Shown: positions 9,382 through 19,680 of the stretch, piece after piece
Layout of the letters: each line of letters begins with the position of its first letter
Position numbering within the stretch: position 1 is the first letter of the stretch
Origin: an uncultured Candidatus Micrarchaeota archaeon
GTDB lineage: Archaea > Micrarchaeota > Micrarchaeia > Anstonellales > Bilamarchaeaceae
DNA length: 64,000 nt
Reading direction: 5' to 3'
NCBI GenBank assembly: GCA_963714085.1
Contig: OY970229.1
Span: forward strand, 224,001 to 288,000
The notes under the pieces: generated by a model
Database searches by the model: none
Told to the model about the DNA's origin: nothing
The model's input: the letters and a program-made list of their open reading frames with translations, nothing else
Made by a program: the position numbers and the translations under genes

Positions 9382-10509
9382 TCACTGCCCGAAGATACAA
9401 TCTAGCGCATCGCGCATCATATCTTTCGGGACCGGGGAAGCGTACTGGCCCTCCTCCACGTGCACCTTGCCGATCTCGTCTATGGTGACGAAATGCGGGA
9501 CCCCGTCGACGGCTTTCTTGTCGGTGGCGAGTTTCCCCTCGACCAGCGCCCGGTCGATATAGGGTGGGACGGACGAGGGCATATGCAGCCTGTTCAGCAG
9601 CCCGACGGCGGCGTCGAACGCCCCGGCGCTTAATCCGTTCAGGAGGCAGGAGAGGTTGAGGACCGCCCTGATCCCCAGGGCCACGGCCTCGCCATGGTAC
9701 AATCTGAAATCAGAGACGAACTCGATGGCATGGCCGAACGTGTGGCCGAAGTTCAGGCACCTGCGCTCGTTCTTCTCGTTCGGGTCCCTTCCCACCACCA
9801 TGCCCTTCAGCCGCACATTCGCCAGGGCGACCTCCTCCAGGAGGCCGGCGTCCCTCTGCAGTATGCCGTCCATGTGCCGCTCCAGGGAATCGAAGTAGCT
9901 TCTGTCGAGGACCAGGCCGGGTTTCACGGACTCCACGAGGCCGGAGCGGAAATTCCGCTCATCCAGGGATGCGAGGGTGCCCACGTCAGCCACCACGAGA
10001 TGCGGCTGGTAGAAGCTGCCGGCGGCGTTTTTTGAGACGTTGCTGTCGATGGCGCATTTGCCCCCGACGCAGGAGTCTGCCTGAGACAGGGTAGTGGTGG
10101 GGATCTGGACATAAGTCATGCCCCCTCGCTTGTAGGTGGCTGCGACAAAGCCGCCCATGTCGCCGATCACTCCGCCGCCGAGGCAGAGAAGGACGTCGCC
10201 CTTCTCAAAACCATGGGAATCCAGGAAATCGAGGATGGCTCCGTAAGTGGCGGTGTTTTTCCTGGTCTCGACAGAGCCCTGGGTGTCGGGTTCGATCACG
10301 AAGGCGGGTATCGAACCGGCTGGGTCGAGCCTGGCGAGATGGCCGCCTTTGACGACGTTCCCGTCGGTGATTATGGCCTGTCTTTTTCTGGAAACGCTGT
10401 CAGCGACGTACGCGCTGACACCTGGCAGCAGGTCGCGCCCCACGAAAACGTTGTAATTGCTCCTGGGGTCGTCCCTGAATTCTATCCTGTGGACCCTGGC
10501 ATTCCTCAT
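9382..10509 (-). CDS. aroB: 3-dehydroquinate synthase
   Basis: GGGVIGDMGGFVAATYKRG, IPTT, DSCVGGK, LNFGHTFGHAIE, HGEAVALG. Confidence 0.96.
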   Translation of the reverse strand: MRNARVHRIEFRDDPRSNYNVFVGRDLLPGVSAYVADSVSRKRQAIITDGNVVKGGHLARLDPAGSIPAFVIEPDTQGSVETRKNTATYGAILDFLDSHGFEKGDVLLCLGGGVIGDMGGFVAATYKRGGMTYVQIPTTTLSQADSCVGGKCAIDSNVSKNAAGSFYQPHLVVADVGTLASLDERNFRSGLVESVKPGLVLDRSYFDSLERHMDGILQRDAGLLEEVALANVRLKGMVVGRDPNEKNERRCLNFGHTFGHAIEFVSDFRLYHGEAVALGIRAVLNLSCLLNGLSAGAFDAAVGLLNRLHMPSSVPPYIDRALVEGKLATDKKAVDGVPHFVTIDEIGKVHVEEGQYASPVPKDMMRDALDCIFGQ

Positions 10510-10601
10510 GGCATCCCGCCTTCCCGTATTGAAGTGTGAATAGATTATTTTAAGGATTTGTTGCCGTCATGCGCGGTGCCGGGCGCCCGTAGGCTCTTCT
10601 C

Positions 10602-13031
10602 TCAATTTAACACTTTTTTGCCGAGTGGGGAACCGGCAGCCCGCCTCTGCCTCGAGCCTGAAGCCGCGTCCTTCCTCATGTGCAGCTTCCGCATCACGTC
10701 GCGCGCCTCGGCATACACGCGCTTCGCGGTTGCGACCTGCTCCCTTATCGTGGGCTCGGCCAGCTTGCTCGTGAGGACCCGACCGACCCAGTCCGGAGTC
10801 ACGGAGGCGTGGACTGCGATGAGCCTCTTTGTCTCGCTCTTTATGCCCCTGTCCTTGTCTCCCGAGAGCTCGCGTTTCCGGATCAGGGATTCGATCTGCC
10901 TGGCGTCCTTAGGATGTTTGGCTATGAAGTCCCGCATCAGCTCGTAATGGACGTCGTCGGCGACCTTTCCGATCACGTCTCCCGTCGCCCCCTCGAGCCT
11001 CGCGCCCCACCCCTTCCAGTGGGCCTCGGTGAAGCCGCGCGAAAGCGGAAGGCCGCTCGTGAGGAAGTGCCTCAGCAGGGAGGAGCGCTCTTCCTGGTTC
11101 AGCTCGCCCACTATGTCCACATATTTGAAGCGCCTGTAGATGGCGAGGGGTATCTTCGCCGGCTCGTTCGTGAAGCCCACGGTTATGATCCCCTCGTAAT
11201 CGACGATGCCGTCGAGCTTCATCTGTATCGCCTTCTGGACGCGGCGGTAGGTCTCGTCCACCCAATGGCCGTTGCTGATGTTGAACCAGCCGTCGAACTC
11301 GTCCATCAGCAGGAACACGAGCTTCTCGCCGCCGCTTGCTGCGCGCAGCGCCGCCGCCCCGTCCCATATGCGGTCGACGTTCTTCTCGAATTCCCCGAAC
11401 ATGCAGGTGAGGGCAGTGGTGACGTTGACCTCCGCGCCTATGAACCGCGGGTCGCCGCCGATCGCGCGGCCGATCTCGGTCTTTCCGCAGCCGTACGGGC
11501 CTATCGCTACCAGGTTGCTGCGGATCTTGCCCCTGGGGGCGGTGGCCCGGTAAAGGCGGGGGAAGCGCGAATATACCGCGAGATCCTCGACGTGGGCCTT
11601 CATGTCGTCGAAGCTCGCGCCGTAGACGTCTTTCATCCTGATTTTCGGGGCGGCTTCCCGGACGAAACTGAACTCCCCCCTGTCCCCGTTGCTGCCCACG
11701 TAGAACTCGTTGCGGTCCTTCGTGTCCTTTTCCATGACCCTGGTGCGGCTTGTTTTCTGCGCCTGCTCCATCGCCTCTTTCAGCCCGATCGCCTTCTCGA
11801 TTGCGGCCTTCGCGCGCTCATGGCGCATGGCCTCCGGGACCTGCGAGATGGCTTCCAGCGCCTCATGGAGGTGGCAAACCAGCTTTTTTCTCGCGGCGAA
11901 ATAGCGCCTCTCGGAATCGCTGCGGGACTTCAGGTCGTCTTCCGTCGGGCGGATGGCGTTGAAGTTTATGCCGCGCATGCGTGCGAGCATGGGGGCAGGA
12001 TTGGGCACTGCCGCTTCGAGCTTCCTCCGGTTGATTTGGATGCTGCCGCTCCTGCTCAGATAATCGAGGACAACGTTCACGGGTTCCCTCGTCCTCGCGG
12101 CCACGGTGTAGAAGTCCGAATACAAGCCGGCGACCTTATCGAAGAACACCGTCGGGTTCCTCATGTACTCCATGCAAACGGGGTCGGCGAGCTCGGCGAG
12201 TATCCCTGCCGCACGCTCGAGTTCAAAGGCATCCACGAATTTCTCTTCCTCCTTTTTCTTGCCCTTCTTTTTCTTGCCTGCTCCGTGTTTCGGCTTGGAA
12301 TAACGGCGCGGGACGTGCGCCATCATGTCCAGGAGGACGTCGGTGAGCATCGGGGAGCCAGCCACCAGTTCGATTTTCGCGCAGGTCACGACCGAGGCGA
12401 GGATGTTCGGGGGCTCCAGCTCGTCCGGAGCGGGCTGGAACAACCTGCCTGTCGGCTGCTCAATGCCGACGAAGCGTCTCTGGTAGTAGCGGTAGAGGAA
12501 TACCGCCCCCTGATAGGTCGTATTCACGATCGACGGGAAGTTAAGGCGGTTCTCCGCGATCTTGACCGCATTGCTCTCAGCCAGCGCAAGCTCGCTTGGC
12601 TCCAGTCTGGGCTCGATGCCCCTGGGTTGCGGCCTCCGCATCCCGAATCCGCCGTAGCCCGGCTCGGCGTCCTCGCTTGGGTCCGTGCCTCTCGAGTTAT
12701 ACGCCTCACGGAGGTTGACGATCTCATGCAACCGGTAAGCTGTCGGGGACACCACTGAGCCCATCAGCTCCCCGATGGCATGCAATGCGTGCAAAGAGGT
12801 GAATCCTGAGAAATCCCCTGCTTCACTGAAACGGTCTTCTCCGGATTGGAACACGCCATGGGCGGCTTCCATTCTGGCAAGCAGCTCCAGCGAAGCCTGG
12901 CCGGCATCCGCAAGCGAGAGCACCCTGCGCTCGCCCTCCAGCATCGATCGGCGTGCCCGGGAACGTTCTTCAGTCATCGGACTGATAAGGCTGAAAAGGT
13001 CAGCGAGTCCGGGATTTTTGTCCTCATCCAT
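10602..13031 (-). CDS. AAA+ ATPase with a long unique N-terminal region
   Basis: Walker A GPYGCGKT, Walker B LLMDEFD, second region of homology TNEP..AIYRRF; start chosen after a GGTGG RBS. Confidence 0.85.
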   Translation of the reverse strand: MDEDKNPGLADLFSLISPMTEERSRARRSMLEGERRVLSLADAGQASLELLARMEAAHGVFQSGEDRFSEAGDFSGFTSLHALHAIGELMGSVVSPTAYRLHEIVNLREAYNSRGTDPSEDAEPGYGGFGMRRPQPRGIEPRLEPSELALAESNAVKIAENRLNFPSIVNTTYQGAVFLYRYYQRRFVGIEQPTGRLFQPAPDELEPPNILASVVTCAKIELVAGSPMLTDVLLDMMAHVPRRYSKPKHGAGKKKKGKKKEEEKFVDAFELERAAGILAELADPVCMEYMRNPTVFFDKVAGLYSDFYTVAARTREPVNVVLDYLSRSGSIQINRRKLEAAVPNPAPMLARMRGINFNAIRPTEDDLKSRSDSERRYFAARKKLVCHLHEALEAISQVPEAMRHERAKAAIEKAIGLKEAMEQAQKTSRTRVMEKDTKDRNEFYVGSNGDRGEFSFVREAAPKIRMKDVYGASFDDMKAHVEDLAVYSRFPRLYRATAPRGKIRSNLVAIGPYGCGKTEIGRAIGGDPRFIGAEVNVTTALTCMFGEFEKNVDRIWDGAAALRAASGGEKLVFLLMDEFDGWFNISNGHWVDETYRRVQKAIQMKLDGIVDYEGIITVGFTNEPAKIPLAIYRRFKYVDIVGELNQEERSSLLRHFLTSGLPLSRGFTEAHWKGWGARLEGATGDVIGKVADDVHYELMRDFIAKHPKDARQIESLIRKRELSGDKDRGIKSETKRLIAVHASVTPDWVGRVLTSKLAEPTIREQVATAKRVYAEARDVMRKLHMRKDAASGSRQRRAAGSPLGKKVLN

Positions 13032-13272
13032 GAATTCTCCCACCAGAACCATCGTGCAGGCTGCGGTGCATCAGATGCTTTCGCAGATGCTGGATTTAGA
13101 TATGCCAAAATAAGCTTAAAAGGTTATCTTTTAACACATAACCAAACTTAAGATCTGAATGCAGGGGAAGGGACCGCGCGGTTTTCAGGAAAGCGTGCCG
13201 TCATTTATAAACCTAGTCGAAGCAGGCGAATCAGGGTGTTTTCTCGGATGCCATCGCCAAGGGGGGAGGAGT

Positions 13273-13785
13273 ATGGAAGAACTGACGGATGCAGAAAAGA
13301 AAGAACTCGCTGGTTTGGTTTCGAAGAAATTGAATGATGGGCGATACAGGGAACGGTTGAAAGGGTACGTGACGAGCCTGGATGAAAAAGGCATAGACGA
13401 CATCGTGAAAAGGATATCGAAAGACATGTCTGAAGAGATGGGCGCGCAGCCGAAACGAGGCACCGGCCCTCGCAAGGTTTTCGCCGCACGGAACGCGATG
13501 CCCGGGCAGGCCAAAAGCCATGCGGCGCCGGGCACGATCATGCTTGGTGCGTCTTCGACGTCTTTCAAAGAAAAATTCAGCGTCGAAGCGATCGAAAACA
13601 TGATCAAAGCGGCCCCGGAGTTTAAACAGGCGCTTTTGGATTCCGCCGTGGACGATGCGAAAAAGATGGTCGAGTATCTTAAAGACAAAGGCGCAGCCAG
13701 CGTCACGGTCAATTTGACCATATTCGGCGCAGGGGTCTCGATAGAGTTCGATGTAGCGTCATTGACCGATAAAAAAGGGACATAG
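13273..13785 (+). CDS. Hypothetical protein
   Basis: GGAGGAG RBS before MEELTD; helical, charged composition. Confidence 0.65.
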   Translation: MEELTDAEKKELAGLVSKKLNDGRYRERLKGYVTSLDEKGIDDIVKRISKDMSEEMGAQPKRGTGPRKVFAARNAMPGQAKSHAAPGTIMLGASSTSFKEKFSVEAIENMIKAAPEFKQALLDSAVDDAKKMVEYLKDKGAASVTVNLTIFGAGVSIEFDVASLTDKKGT

Positions 13786-13818
13786 GGCGAAGGGAATACG
13801 ACCCGGGCAGAGGCCGCC

Positions 13819-15069
13819 CTAGAATCGGTCCATCAGGCCCTCGAGGGTCTCGAAGAACCGCGGGTACGATTTCGCCACACAACCCTCGTCCAGTATATCC
13901 ACGCCCTCTTCCGAGACGAGCGCCGCCACGGCCCCTGCCATGGCGATGCGGTGGTCCTTGCGCGGGTCCAGGACGCCGCCCCTGAGCTTCCTCCCGCCGA
14001 TTATCTCCATCGTGTTTTCTTTTTCTATGATGTTTATCTCCGCGCCGATCCCGCGGAAGCCGTCCAGGAGCGCGGCCGCGCGGTCGCTCTCCTTTTTCTT
14101 GAGCCTGTCCGTCCCGTGGATCACGCTCCGGCCCTGGCACGCGCATGCGAGTGCGACAAGGGGCGGGAATAGATCCGGCGAGTGCGTGGCGTCGAACTCG
14201 AAGGCCCTGAGCCGGCCTGCGCTGACCTTGACGCCTTCTCTGAGCTGCTCCACTTTCGCTCCGGCGCCCCTGAGCACGTCAGTCACAGCCTTGTCCGGCT
14301 GGAAGTCCTCGCGGAGGTTGTCGACCTCGACCTCCCCGGCGATCGCCCCGGCCACCAGCATGAAAGCGGCCCCTGACCAGTCGCCTTCCACCGGGTATTC
14401 GCACGCCCGGTAGCGCTGCCCCCCTTTTATCGTGAATATGCTGAAGGATAGGTCCGGCGTTATATCGACGTGGAACTCGGAAAGCGCGCACTGCGTCATG
14501 TGGACGTACGCCTTGCTTTTGAGTTCCCTCACTATGACTTGTGAATCCTTGCTGCAGAGCGGGAGCGCCATGAGCAGGCCGCTCACGAACTGCGAGCTCT
14601 CCGAGCCGTCCACCAGCAGGGTGCAGCCGTTTATCGGCCCCTTGACATGGATGGGCGGCTTGCCGTTGTTCGTCGTGCACTGCGCGCCGAGGGTCGTGAG
14701 CGGACCCACGACCATCCCGACCGGCCTTTCAAGGAGCGTTCCGCTCCCGATGAGCTCGAACTCTTTTCCACGGAGGGCGGCCAGCGCCGCGGACATCCTC
14801 ATGCACGCGCCCGATTCCTTGCAATCGAGCACGTCTCCGACCGGCCCGTATCCTCCGGTTATCCGGACCTCCTTCTCGCCCTTTACCACCTTCGCTCCGA
14901 GCGCCGCGGCCACGTTCATGGCCGCGAGGGCGTCGTCGCAGAGGCTCGGGCGCTTCAGCACCGATTCGCCTTTGGCATGGGCTGCGGCCAGCACCGCCCT
15001 CAGCGTCATGCTCTTCGACGGAGGGGCCTCTATCCTGCCGGATATCCCGGACGGCCTTATGTGCCTCAT
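13819..15069 (-). CDS. aroA: EPSP synthase (3-phosphoshikimate 1-carboxyvinyltransferase)
   Basis: PPSKS, ESSQFVSGLLMA, KKESDR, DHRIAMA, KSYPRF. Confidence 0.97.
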   Translation of the reverse strand: MRHIRPSGISGRIEAPPSKSMTLRAVLAAAHAKGESVLKRPSLCDDALAAMNVAAALGAKVVKGEKEVRITGGYGPVGDVLDCKESGACMRMSAALAALRGKEFELIGSGTLLERPVGMVVGPLTTLGAQCTTNNGKPPIHVKGPINGCTLLVDGSESSQFVSGLLMALPLCSKDSQVIVRELKSKAYVHMTQCALSEFHVDITPDLSFSIFTIKGGQRYRACEYPVEGDWSGAAFMLVAGAIAGEVEVDNLREDFQPDKAVTDVLRGAGAKVEQLREGVKVSAGRLRAFEFDATHSPDLFPPLVALACACQGRSVIHGTDRLKKKESDRAAALLDGFRGIGAEINIIEKENTMEIIGGRKLRGGVLDPRKDHRIAMAGAVAALVSEEGVDILDEGCVAKSYPRFFETLEGLMDRF

Positions 15070-15325
15070 CCCGAACCCTCCCTGCGATTCCTCATCCCAA
15101 TCTTATGATAGATTGTGATTTTGAATGTAACGGTATGCGCGGGAAGCCCGGCCGTGCGATAATCACATCAATTCTATGCTCGCGGGCGGTTTCGGTGTCA
15201 GGTCCAGGAACACCCGGCCTACCGAGGCTTCGCGCCTGAGGATTTTTCCCGCGAGAAGGACGCATCCGCCGCAGCGCCAACGTTTAAAATACGGGGTTAT
15301 ATTATATGCTATCGGGTGGTGGCTT

Positions 15326-16537
15326 ATGCCTACGCTTACGAATGCGACAGCAACAACCGGAAAGAAAGTCGATTCATGCAAAATGCCCTCCGAAGCGCCA
15401 AGCCAACGGAGCCCCAGGGATATCGCGAAGATGCTGGAAAGCAGCAGCCGGGCGCAACGCATGGCCGGCGTCCGAAAATTAGCCGGGAATGCTAAGGCGC
15501 TGAAGTACGTGGTCGAACATTCCGAGCGCAGGGATGTGAGGCTAGCGGCCGCCAAAGAGCTGAGAGACGCAAGGGCCCTGGAGGACATCGCAGCATATTC
15601 CAGGCACAAGGAAGCGAGGCTGGCTGCCGTCGATGCGCTTCCCGATAGCGAGGAAAGCCTGGCTCGGGCATATGAGCGCACGGACCACTTGGACGTGAAA
15701 TATGCCATCGCCGGGAAGCTCGCCGGGATGGTCGAGCGCCTCGAATCCTCTTATGCATTGGCATGCGTGGTGGACCGCACCAAAAACGAGGATACGATGA
15801 AAACGGCAGTCAGGAAGCTTGCTTCCATGGTAGATGAAATCACGGAACGGGATGGATTGAGGTGCGTGGCCCTGCATTCCGAGGACGAGGCTGCAAGGCG
15901 CACTGCGGTCGGAAAACTGACGGATGCCAAGGCCTTGAAGGATGTGGCCGCGTACGCCGGGAGTCCGGATGCACGGCTGGCGGCGCTCGGGAAACTGACG
16001 GATTCGGACGATGTGAAGTATGTCGCTGATCGTACGGCATTCGCTGACAGCGGGGAAGCCGCAGCCAGGATGTTGACCGATGACGAGGCTTTGCAAGACG
16101 TCGCGCTGGAGGCCAAAAACAGGGCCACGAGAATCGCTGCTGCCGGAAAACTGGGCAGTGTCGATCGGATGGAGCATGTCATTTTCATGGCAACGGATAG
16201 AGCCGTCACGAAGGCTGCTATTGCGGCATTGACAGATGTGGAAACGCTGGTGAAAATCGCTGTACGTACGTTTTCAAGCATAGGGATGGATGCCTTGAAG
16301 AAACTGGCTGGAGACAAACAAGCGCAGATAAGAGTGGCGAATGAATCTAGTTGCGTTGGTACCAGTCTCGCTGTGGTAAAGGGATTGAACGACGAGGATG
16401 CGCTGGAAGACGTGGCAGAGCATAGCAGGCATCTGGAAGCGAAAGACGCCGCAAGGGAAAAGCTGAGGCGCATGAGAGGGGAAGACACGGAATTCGTGAG
16501 GGAGCTCTCTGCCATCATGATGGGGAGCCAGGTCTGA
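15326..16537 (+). CDS. HEAT/alpha-solenoid repeat protein
   Basis: Recurring ~25-aa units of the type R.AA..KL.D..AL..VA; GGTGG RBS. Confidence 0.8.
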   Translation: MPTLTNATATTGKKVDSCKMPSEAPSQRSPRDIAKMLESSSRAQRMAGVRKLAGNAKALKYVVEHSERRDVRLAAAKELRDARALEDIAAYSRHKEARLAAVDALPDSEESLARAYERTDHLDVKYAIAGKLAGMVERLESSYALACVVDRTKNEDTMKTAVRKLASMVDEITERDGLRCVALHSEDEAARRTAVGKLTDAKALKDVAAYAGSPDARLAALGKLTDSDDVKYVADRTAFADSGEAAARMLTDDEALQDVALEAKNRATRIAAAGKLGSVDRMEHVIFMATDRAVTKAAIAALTDVETLVKIAVRTFSSIGMDALKKLAGDKQAQIRVANESSCVGTSLAVVKGLNDEDALEDVAEHSRHLEAKDAAREKLRRMRGEDTEFVRELSAIMMGSQV

Positions 16538-16619
16538 TCCCCGTCCGGGCGCACGCCGCATGCTCCCTTGGCGGTCGCGTGCATAATCATTAAGAACTCT
16601 CTTATACAACAACATAAAC

Positions 16620-17108
16620 ATGGCACCTGCACACAGAACTCTCAGACCAGAGATATTTGCCACGCAACGGAGAGCGACTAGATTTGGGCCGGATGCCGAA
16701 GGCCATACCAGGAAAATGGCGAAACTGATCATAATAGACGGCGACCCGGAGATGATCGCCATGGGCAGGAGGCTGCTTGACGAGAGTTGCGATATGCCTG
16801 GGCGCATGCCGCCCGCCAAGTCCCTTGAGGAAGCCAAAGCGCTCGTGGACCTGCACGGGCCGGACATCATATTGACCGGCAGGAGAATCGGCGGCAACCT
16901 TTATGCCTGCTGCGATCTGCTTGATTATGCCAAAAGCAAGAACAATAAGACCACGGTAATCCTATGGTCTGATTGGTCGAAAGGGGGAGAGCACAGGGAA
17001 GGCGAGAACCACAGGTTTGACGCGGTGGTGGATATCAGGAAACCCGGCGAGGTCCGCGGCGTCGTCGCGTATTACAGCGGTGTTCGATTCGCGCAAGATC
17101 TCGCATAG
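16620..17108 (+). CDS. Receiver (CheY-like) domain paralogue 1, no phospho-Asp
   Basis: KLIIIDGDPEM..PDIILTG..VILWS. Confidence 0.75.
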   Translation: MAPAHRTLRPEIFATQRRATRFGPDAEGHTRKMAKLIIIDGDPEMIAMGRRLLDESCDMPGRMPPAKSLEEAKALVDLHGPDIILTGRRIGGNLYACCDLLDYAKSKNNKTTVILWSDWSKGGEHREGENHRFDAVVDIRKPGEVRGVVAYYSGVRFAQDLA

Positions 17109-17167
17109 CCCTGCCTTGGCGGTCGCGTGCATAGTCATTAAAAGCTCTTTTGCGTAACAGCAGCGTC

Positions 17168-17656
17168 ATGACGCAGATATACCGAACCCTCGGGCCGGAG
17201 CTGTTCGCCCGGCGGCGGGGGGCGATGCGCCTCGGGCCGGATTCGGAAGGCCCTGCAGCGAAAAAGATGAAGCTGCTGATAATAGATTGCGACGCGAGGA
17301 TGGTCGAGAGGGGCAGGGAGCTTTTCCGCGAGGCTTGCGACATACCGGACGAGCTCCGGCACGTCCAGTCCGTCGAGGAAGCCAAAGCGCTCGTTGACCA
17401 TCACGGACCGGACATCATCCTGAGCGGCAGGAGAATCGGGGAGGACCTGTATGGCTGCAATGACGTGCTTTACCATGCCAAAACCCGAGACCCGGGCACC
17501 ATAGTGATCCTCTGGTGTGATTTTTCGAGGGGAGGAAACCCCCGGGAAAGCTCGGAGCGCGCTTATGACGCGATAGTGGACAGCAGGAACACCAACGAGG
17601 TCTGCAAAATCGTCGGATATTACTGCGGCGTGGACTTCGGAGGGGAAAGCGCGTAG
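17168..17656 (+). CDS. Receiver-like paralogue 2, no phospho-Asp
   Basis: KLLIIDCD..PDIILSG..VILWC. Confidence 0.75.
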   Translation: MTQIYRTLGPELFARRRGAMRLGPDSEGPAAKKMKLLIIDCDARMVERGRELFREACDIPDELRHVQSVEEAKALVDHHGPDIILSGRRIGEDLYGCNDVLYHAKTRDPGTIVILWCDFSRGGNPRESSERAYDAIVDSRNTNEVCKIVGYYCGVDFGGESA

Positions 17657-17707
17657 CGTCGCTCCCGGGCAGCATCATTAAAAGCTTTTTTACGTAACAA
17701 CACGCAC

Positions 17708-18232
17708 ATGAAACAGCGAAACGCACAGGCAGTGCCATCATCTGCCCCGGAACCGAAACCGACGGCCCTCGGGCCGAAAGAGAACGGCCCGAGCGGGAAA
17801 AGGATGAAGCTGGTCATAATAGACTGCGACCCGGAGATGGTCAGGCTGGGCAGGAATCTGCTCGGCGAGACCTGCGACATACCATCCATCGCGCGCGTCT
17901 CTTCGCTCGAGGAGGCGAAAAAGATCGTCGACGAGCAGAAGCCGGACGTCGTCATCATGGGCAAGAGGATAGACGACAGGCAGGACGCATGGCGCGACCT
18001 GCTCGCCCATATCAGATCCAAAGGCCAGGTCCCGGGCGCAAAGGTGGTCCTCTGGTCCAACGGCCTTACCGGCGGCGAGAACATGGAACGCGCGCGGTAC
18101 AGGTTCGACGCGGTGGTGCACAGCACGGATATCGAAGAGCTCGTCGGACTCGTCGAGTTCTACCGGGGGGCCGGCAGGGTTTGGGGCGAGATCCGGAGCC
18201 TCACAGAATCAGCGCAGGAACCAAACCATTAA
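17708..18232 (+). CDS. Receiver-like paralogue 3, no phospho-Asp
   Basis: KLVIIDCDPEM..PDVVIMG..VVLWS. Confidence 0.75.
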   Translation: MKQRNAQAVPSSAPEPKPTALGPKENGPSGKRMKLVIIDCDPEMVRLGRNLLGETCDIPSIARVSSLEEAKKIVDEQKPDVVIMGKRIDDRQDAWRDLLAHIRSKGQVPGAKVVLWSNGLTGGENMERARYRFDAVVHSTDIEELVGLVEFYRGAGRVWGEIRSLTESAQEPNH

Positions 18233-18258
18233 AAGCTCTCTTATACAACAATAGTAAC

Positions 18259-18735
18259 ATGACATTCAAACCAGTCCAGGCAGGGTCATCTGCCACGGGA
18301 GGGAGAGACAGGAAACGCGAGCCGGACTCCGAGGCCCCGATCATGAGAAAGGCGAAACTGCTGATAATAGACAGCGACCCGAAGATGATCGACTTGGGCA
18401 GGAAGCTGCTTGGCAAGACCTGCGACATACCCGAGGGCATCCCGCACGTCACGTCCCTCGAGGGAGCCAAGACGCTTGTGACCAAGCACAAGCCGGACAT
18501 CGTCCTGAGCGGCAAGACGATAGACGCCCACCCGGAGGCTTACTACGACCTGCTGGCCGATACCAAAGGCAGGTATCCGGACACAATGTTCGTCCTATGG
18601 TCCGGCGGCATTACCGGTGACGAGGATAGGGAAGGCGCAAGGTACAAATGCGACGCGATCGTGGAGCGGACGGACATCAACGGCATCCGGAACGCTGTCC
18701 TGCTTCTGAGCGCGGGAAAAGCCGCAAGTCATTAA
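18259..18735 (+). CDS. Receiver-like paralogue 4, no phospho-Asp
   Basis: KLLIIDSDPKM..PDIVLSG..FVLWS. Confidence 0.75.
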   Translation: MTFKPVQAGSSATGGRDRKREPDSEAPIMRKAKLLIIDSDPKMIDLGRKLLGKTCDIPEGIPHVTSLEGAKTLVTKHKPDIVLSGKTIDAHPEAYYDLLADTKGRYPDTMFVLWSGGITGDEDREGARYKCDAIVERTDINGIRNAVLLLSAGKAASH

Positions 18736-18761
18736 AAACTTTTTTACACAACAGCATCAAC

Positions 18762-19214
18762 ATGAGATTCAAAACCGCTCATGCAGAGTCATTTGCCACG
18801 GAACGGAGAGCGGCGAGCATGGCTGAGCCCGAAGGAATCAGGAAGATGAAGACGCTGGTCATAATACACTACGACCCCGAGATGATCGGGCTGGGCATGA
18901 GGCTCTTCGGCAGGACCTGCGAGATACCCAAGGGCATCCTGTGTGTGAAGTCCTTGGATGCTGCCAAAGGGCTCGTGGACGCTCACAGGCCCGACATAGT
19001 CTTGGTCGGCAAAAGGATCGGGGATGGCCAGGACGGCACCTACGAAGTGCTCAGGTATGCCAAAGGCCAGAATGCCGACACCAAGGTGGTGCTGTGGTCC
19101 GGCATCCTGCACGGCGACGAGCGCAGGGAAGGCGGGGAGCACCAGTTTGACGAGATAGTGCCCAGGAAGGACCTCAACCGCATCCGCGAGGTCGTCGGGC
19201 GTTTCAGCGGATGA
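18762..19214 (+). CDS. Receiver-like paralogue 5, no phospho-Asp
   Basis: TLVIIHYDPEM..PDIVLVG..VVLWS. Confidence 0.75.
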   Translation: MRFKTAHAESFATERRAASMAEPEGIRKMKTLVIIHYDPEMIGLGMRLFGRTCEIPKGILCVKSLDAAKGLVDAHRPDIVLVGKRIGDGQDGTYEVLRYAKGQNADTKVVLWSGILHGDERREGGEHQFDEIVPRKDLNRIREVVGRFSG

Positions 19215-19657
19215 GTGCCATGGGCGGAAAAACTATCATTGCGTCAGTCCCAAGAGTGAGAGAACCGGCTCCAAAGCTTCCCATGACGGATACCGTCAGG
19301 AGGACCCTGGTCATCATAGAGAAGAACAAGAACATGCTCACCGTCCTCTCCCACGGCCTGTCCAAAATCACGGACATCCCGGAAGGCCTCAAGCCTGTCT
19401 CCTCCCTCGCTGCGGCGCTCGCGCTGATAGACGAGCACAGGCCGGACATCGTGATATGCGACGAGGGTTTCGACCACAGGAACAGGACTGCGCCGCACAG
19501 CGTGCTCGGCCGCGCGAGGGAGCTGAACCCGCGCGCCAAGGTCGTCCTCTACGCGACCAGCCTGGCGCACGATGGCATGAACGGCTATGATGCGGTTATA
19601 GACCGGCTGTACCCGGACAGGGTGCAGCGGTTCGTGGAGGGCCTCGCCGGCCAATAG
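19211..19657 (+). CDS. Receiver-like paralogue 6, retains the phospho-Asp position
   Basis: TLVIIEKN..PDIVICD..VVLYA; ATGA overlap with paralogue 5. Confidence 0.75.
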   Translation: MSAMGGKTIIASVPRVREPAPKLPMTDTVRRTLVIIEKNKNMLTVLSHGLSKITDIPEGLKPVSSLAAALALIDEHRPDIVICDEGFDHRNRTAPHSVLGRARELNPRAKVVLYATSLAHDGMNGYDAVIDRLYPDRVQRFVEGLAGQ

Positions 19658-19680
19658 AACTAATCGCATGGGCAGGCAGG

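Noticed and set aside
16620..19657. Diversity-generating retroelement targets
   Set aside because: No reverse transcriptase and no adenine-specific TR/VR pair; divergence is spread throughout the genes
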